Shown here piece after piece: positions 62,945 through 64,000 of a stretch of DNA of 64,000 nt. A program made the position numbers and the translations under genes. Origin of the DNA: Rhina ancylostomus (lineage: Eukaryota). The DNA lies in contig JARFYF010000052.1 in assembly GCA_030265395.1 (NCBI GenBank), positions 109,327,433 to 109,391,432 of the forward strand, given 5' to 3'. Under the pieces are notes generated by a model. It searched no databases. It was not told the origin of the DNA and was given only the letters and a program-made list of their open reading frames with translations. Position 1 is the stretch's first letter; every line of letters begins with the position of its first letter.

Positions 62945-63101
62945 ACTTTTTTAACCCTCTTATGTAATTTATCTACAGTACAATTTATGTTCATGTATTG
63001 TCTGAATCCATGTGCCTGTGATGCTGCTGCAGGCAAGCTTTTCATTGTACCTCTACCTCACCGCCCCTGCGCACGTGACAGTAAATTCAACTTGATTTGA
63101 C
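62945..63101 (+). mobile_element. Rex1-type 3' UTR fragment
   Basis: tgtgatgctgctgcaggcaagcttttcattgtacc...gtgacagtaaattcaacttgatttga. Confidence 0.45.
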
Positions 63102-63586
63102 ATTCATGGCTATCATGGCAGATTGCTGGAGAAACACATTGCAAGACCTTTCCCATGAAAGGCTTTGGGTTTCATGCATGGTGGACTATTGTAATTGGAA
63201 GCTTCGGACAAACTGATGTGGACATCCTGCACAGCATTACTTTGAGGTGTATTTTTGCAGACATTACAGTTTCTCAGCCTATAACTCAACATTTCAAAGT
63301 GGTGGAATGTAGATTCATCAGCTGTTTCTCCATTTGACATTCAACTGTTGGGGAGGACATCTGGTGGAAAGTATCAAGTGGGGACAGACCTGGGCTGAGA
63401 CTAAGAAGAGAAAATTGAAGGATGGATCCACTGGGGTCAAGGGGCCAAGCTAATTTTTAAGATGCCATTGTGAGGAGTTTGAGAGCATGCTGCTTCCCTC
63501 CTTAGCTATATCGTGATGATGTCATTTGGGCTCGGGGTGGGGATTCAAGTAGATGAAGGGAAAAAAGAAAGATCAAGTAAAATCTG

Positions 63587-63780
63587 TCGGCCCAACGAGT
63601 CCACACCACCCATTTTTAAACCCCAAATTAACCTACCTGTATGTCTTTGGAACGTGGGAGGAAACTAGAGCACCCGGAGGAAACCCACGCAGGCACGGGA
63701 GAACGTACAAACTCCTTACAGACAGCGACAGGAATCAAACCCCGATCACTGGCGCTGTAAATAAAATTTTAAAAAAAGAA
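63587..63780 (-). mobile_element. V-SINE with inverted body and oppositely oriented tail
   Basis: 63587-63760 aligns with 31085-31258; 63753-63777 is the reverse complement of the tail at 31046-31070. Confidence 0.75.
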
Positions 63781-64000
63781 TAACAATGATCACATACGTA
63801 GACCAGGTGATTCAACTATGCAAGCATGTATAATATACTTTCAGGTTTGCATTGTGGATGCTGATGGATTTTTCAGCCTGATCCATTGACCAGTAAGCCA
63901 TTTCTGATATGCCTCTGTAACTGATCTTAATTGCCAACAGAATTTATCAAAGTAAATATTCGGACTGATTTTTATACCAAAGTGTAAACCAGTGGATACA

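Noticed and set aside
57000-64000. Convergent LRBA last exon, expected from vertebrate DCLK2-LRBA synteny
   Set aside because: No RWHHEYQTRY-like coding sequence found on the minus strand; the TATCAAACC match near 57260 is not in such a context
1-64000. CRISPR array, operon or other prokaryotic or viral system
   Set aside because: No regularly spaced repeats and no long intact ORFs; content is a spliced vertebrate gene plus transposon relics

Overview
AT-rich, repeat-dense vertebrate genomic DNA from a gapped scaffold. The repeats (HE1/V-SINE-like SINEs, DeuSINE-like SINEs, CR1, Rex1 and Penelope-like relics) point to a cartilaginous fish, probably a ray or shark; this is inference. The window holds the 3' half of a doublecortin-like kinase gene on the + strand, best matching DCLK2. 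Ten GT-AG exons between 2279 and 56985 splice in phase into an intact CaMK-type kinase domain plus C-terminal tail ([25 protein letters not shown]). The DCX-domain exons lie upstream of the window. The introns are mostly decayed transposons; repeat families were assigned by eye and their boundaries are approximate. I found no prokaryotic-type system and nothing that qualifies as a new multi-gene system. Best leads: (i) hammerhead-ribozyme relics in Penelope-like repeats, one at the apex of a perfect-looking fold-back; (ii) a ~210-bp-arm inverted duplication in an intron; (iii) an LTR-derived fold-back element with a 5-bp target-site duplication; (iv) candidate alternative exons in the last intron that would change or remove the kinase C-terminal tail; (v) a SINE with a twin-priming-type inversion.
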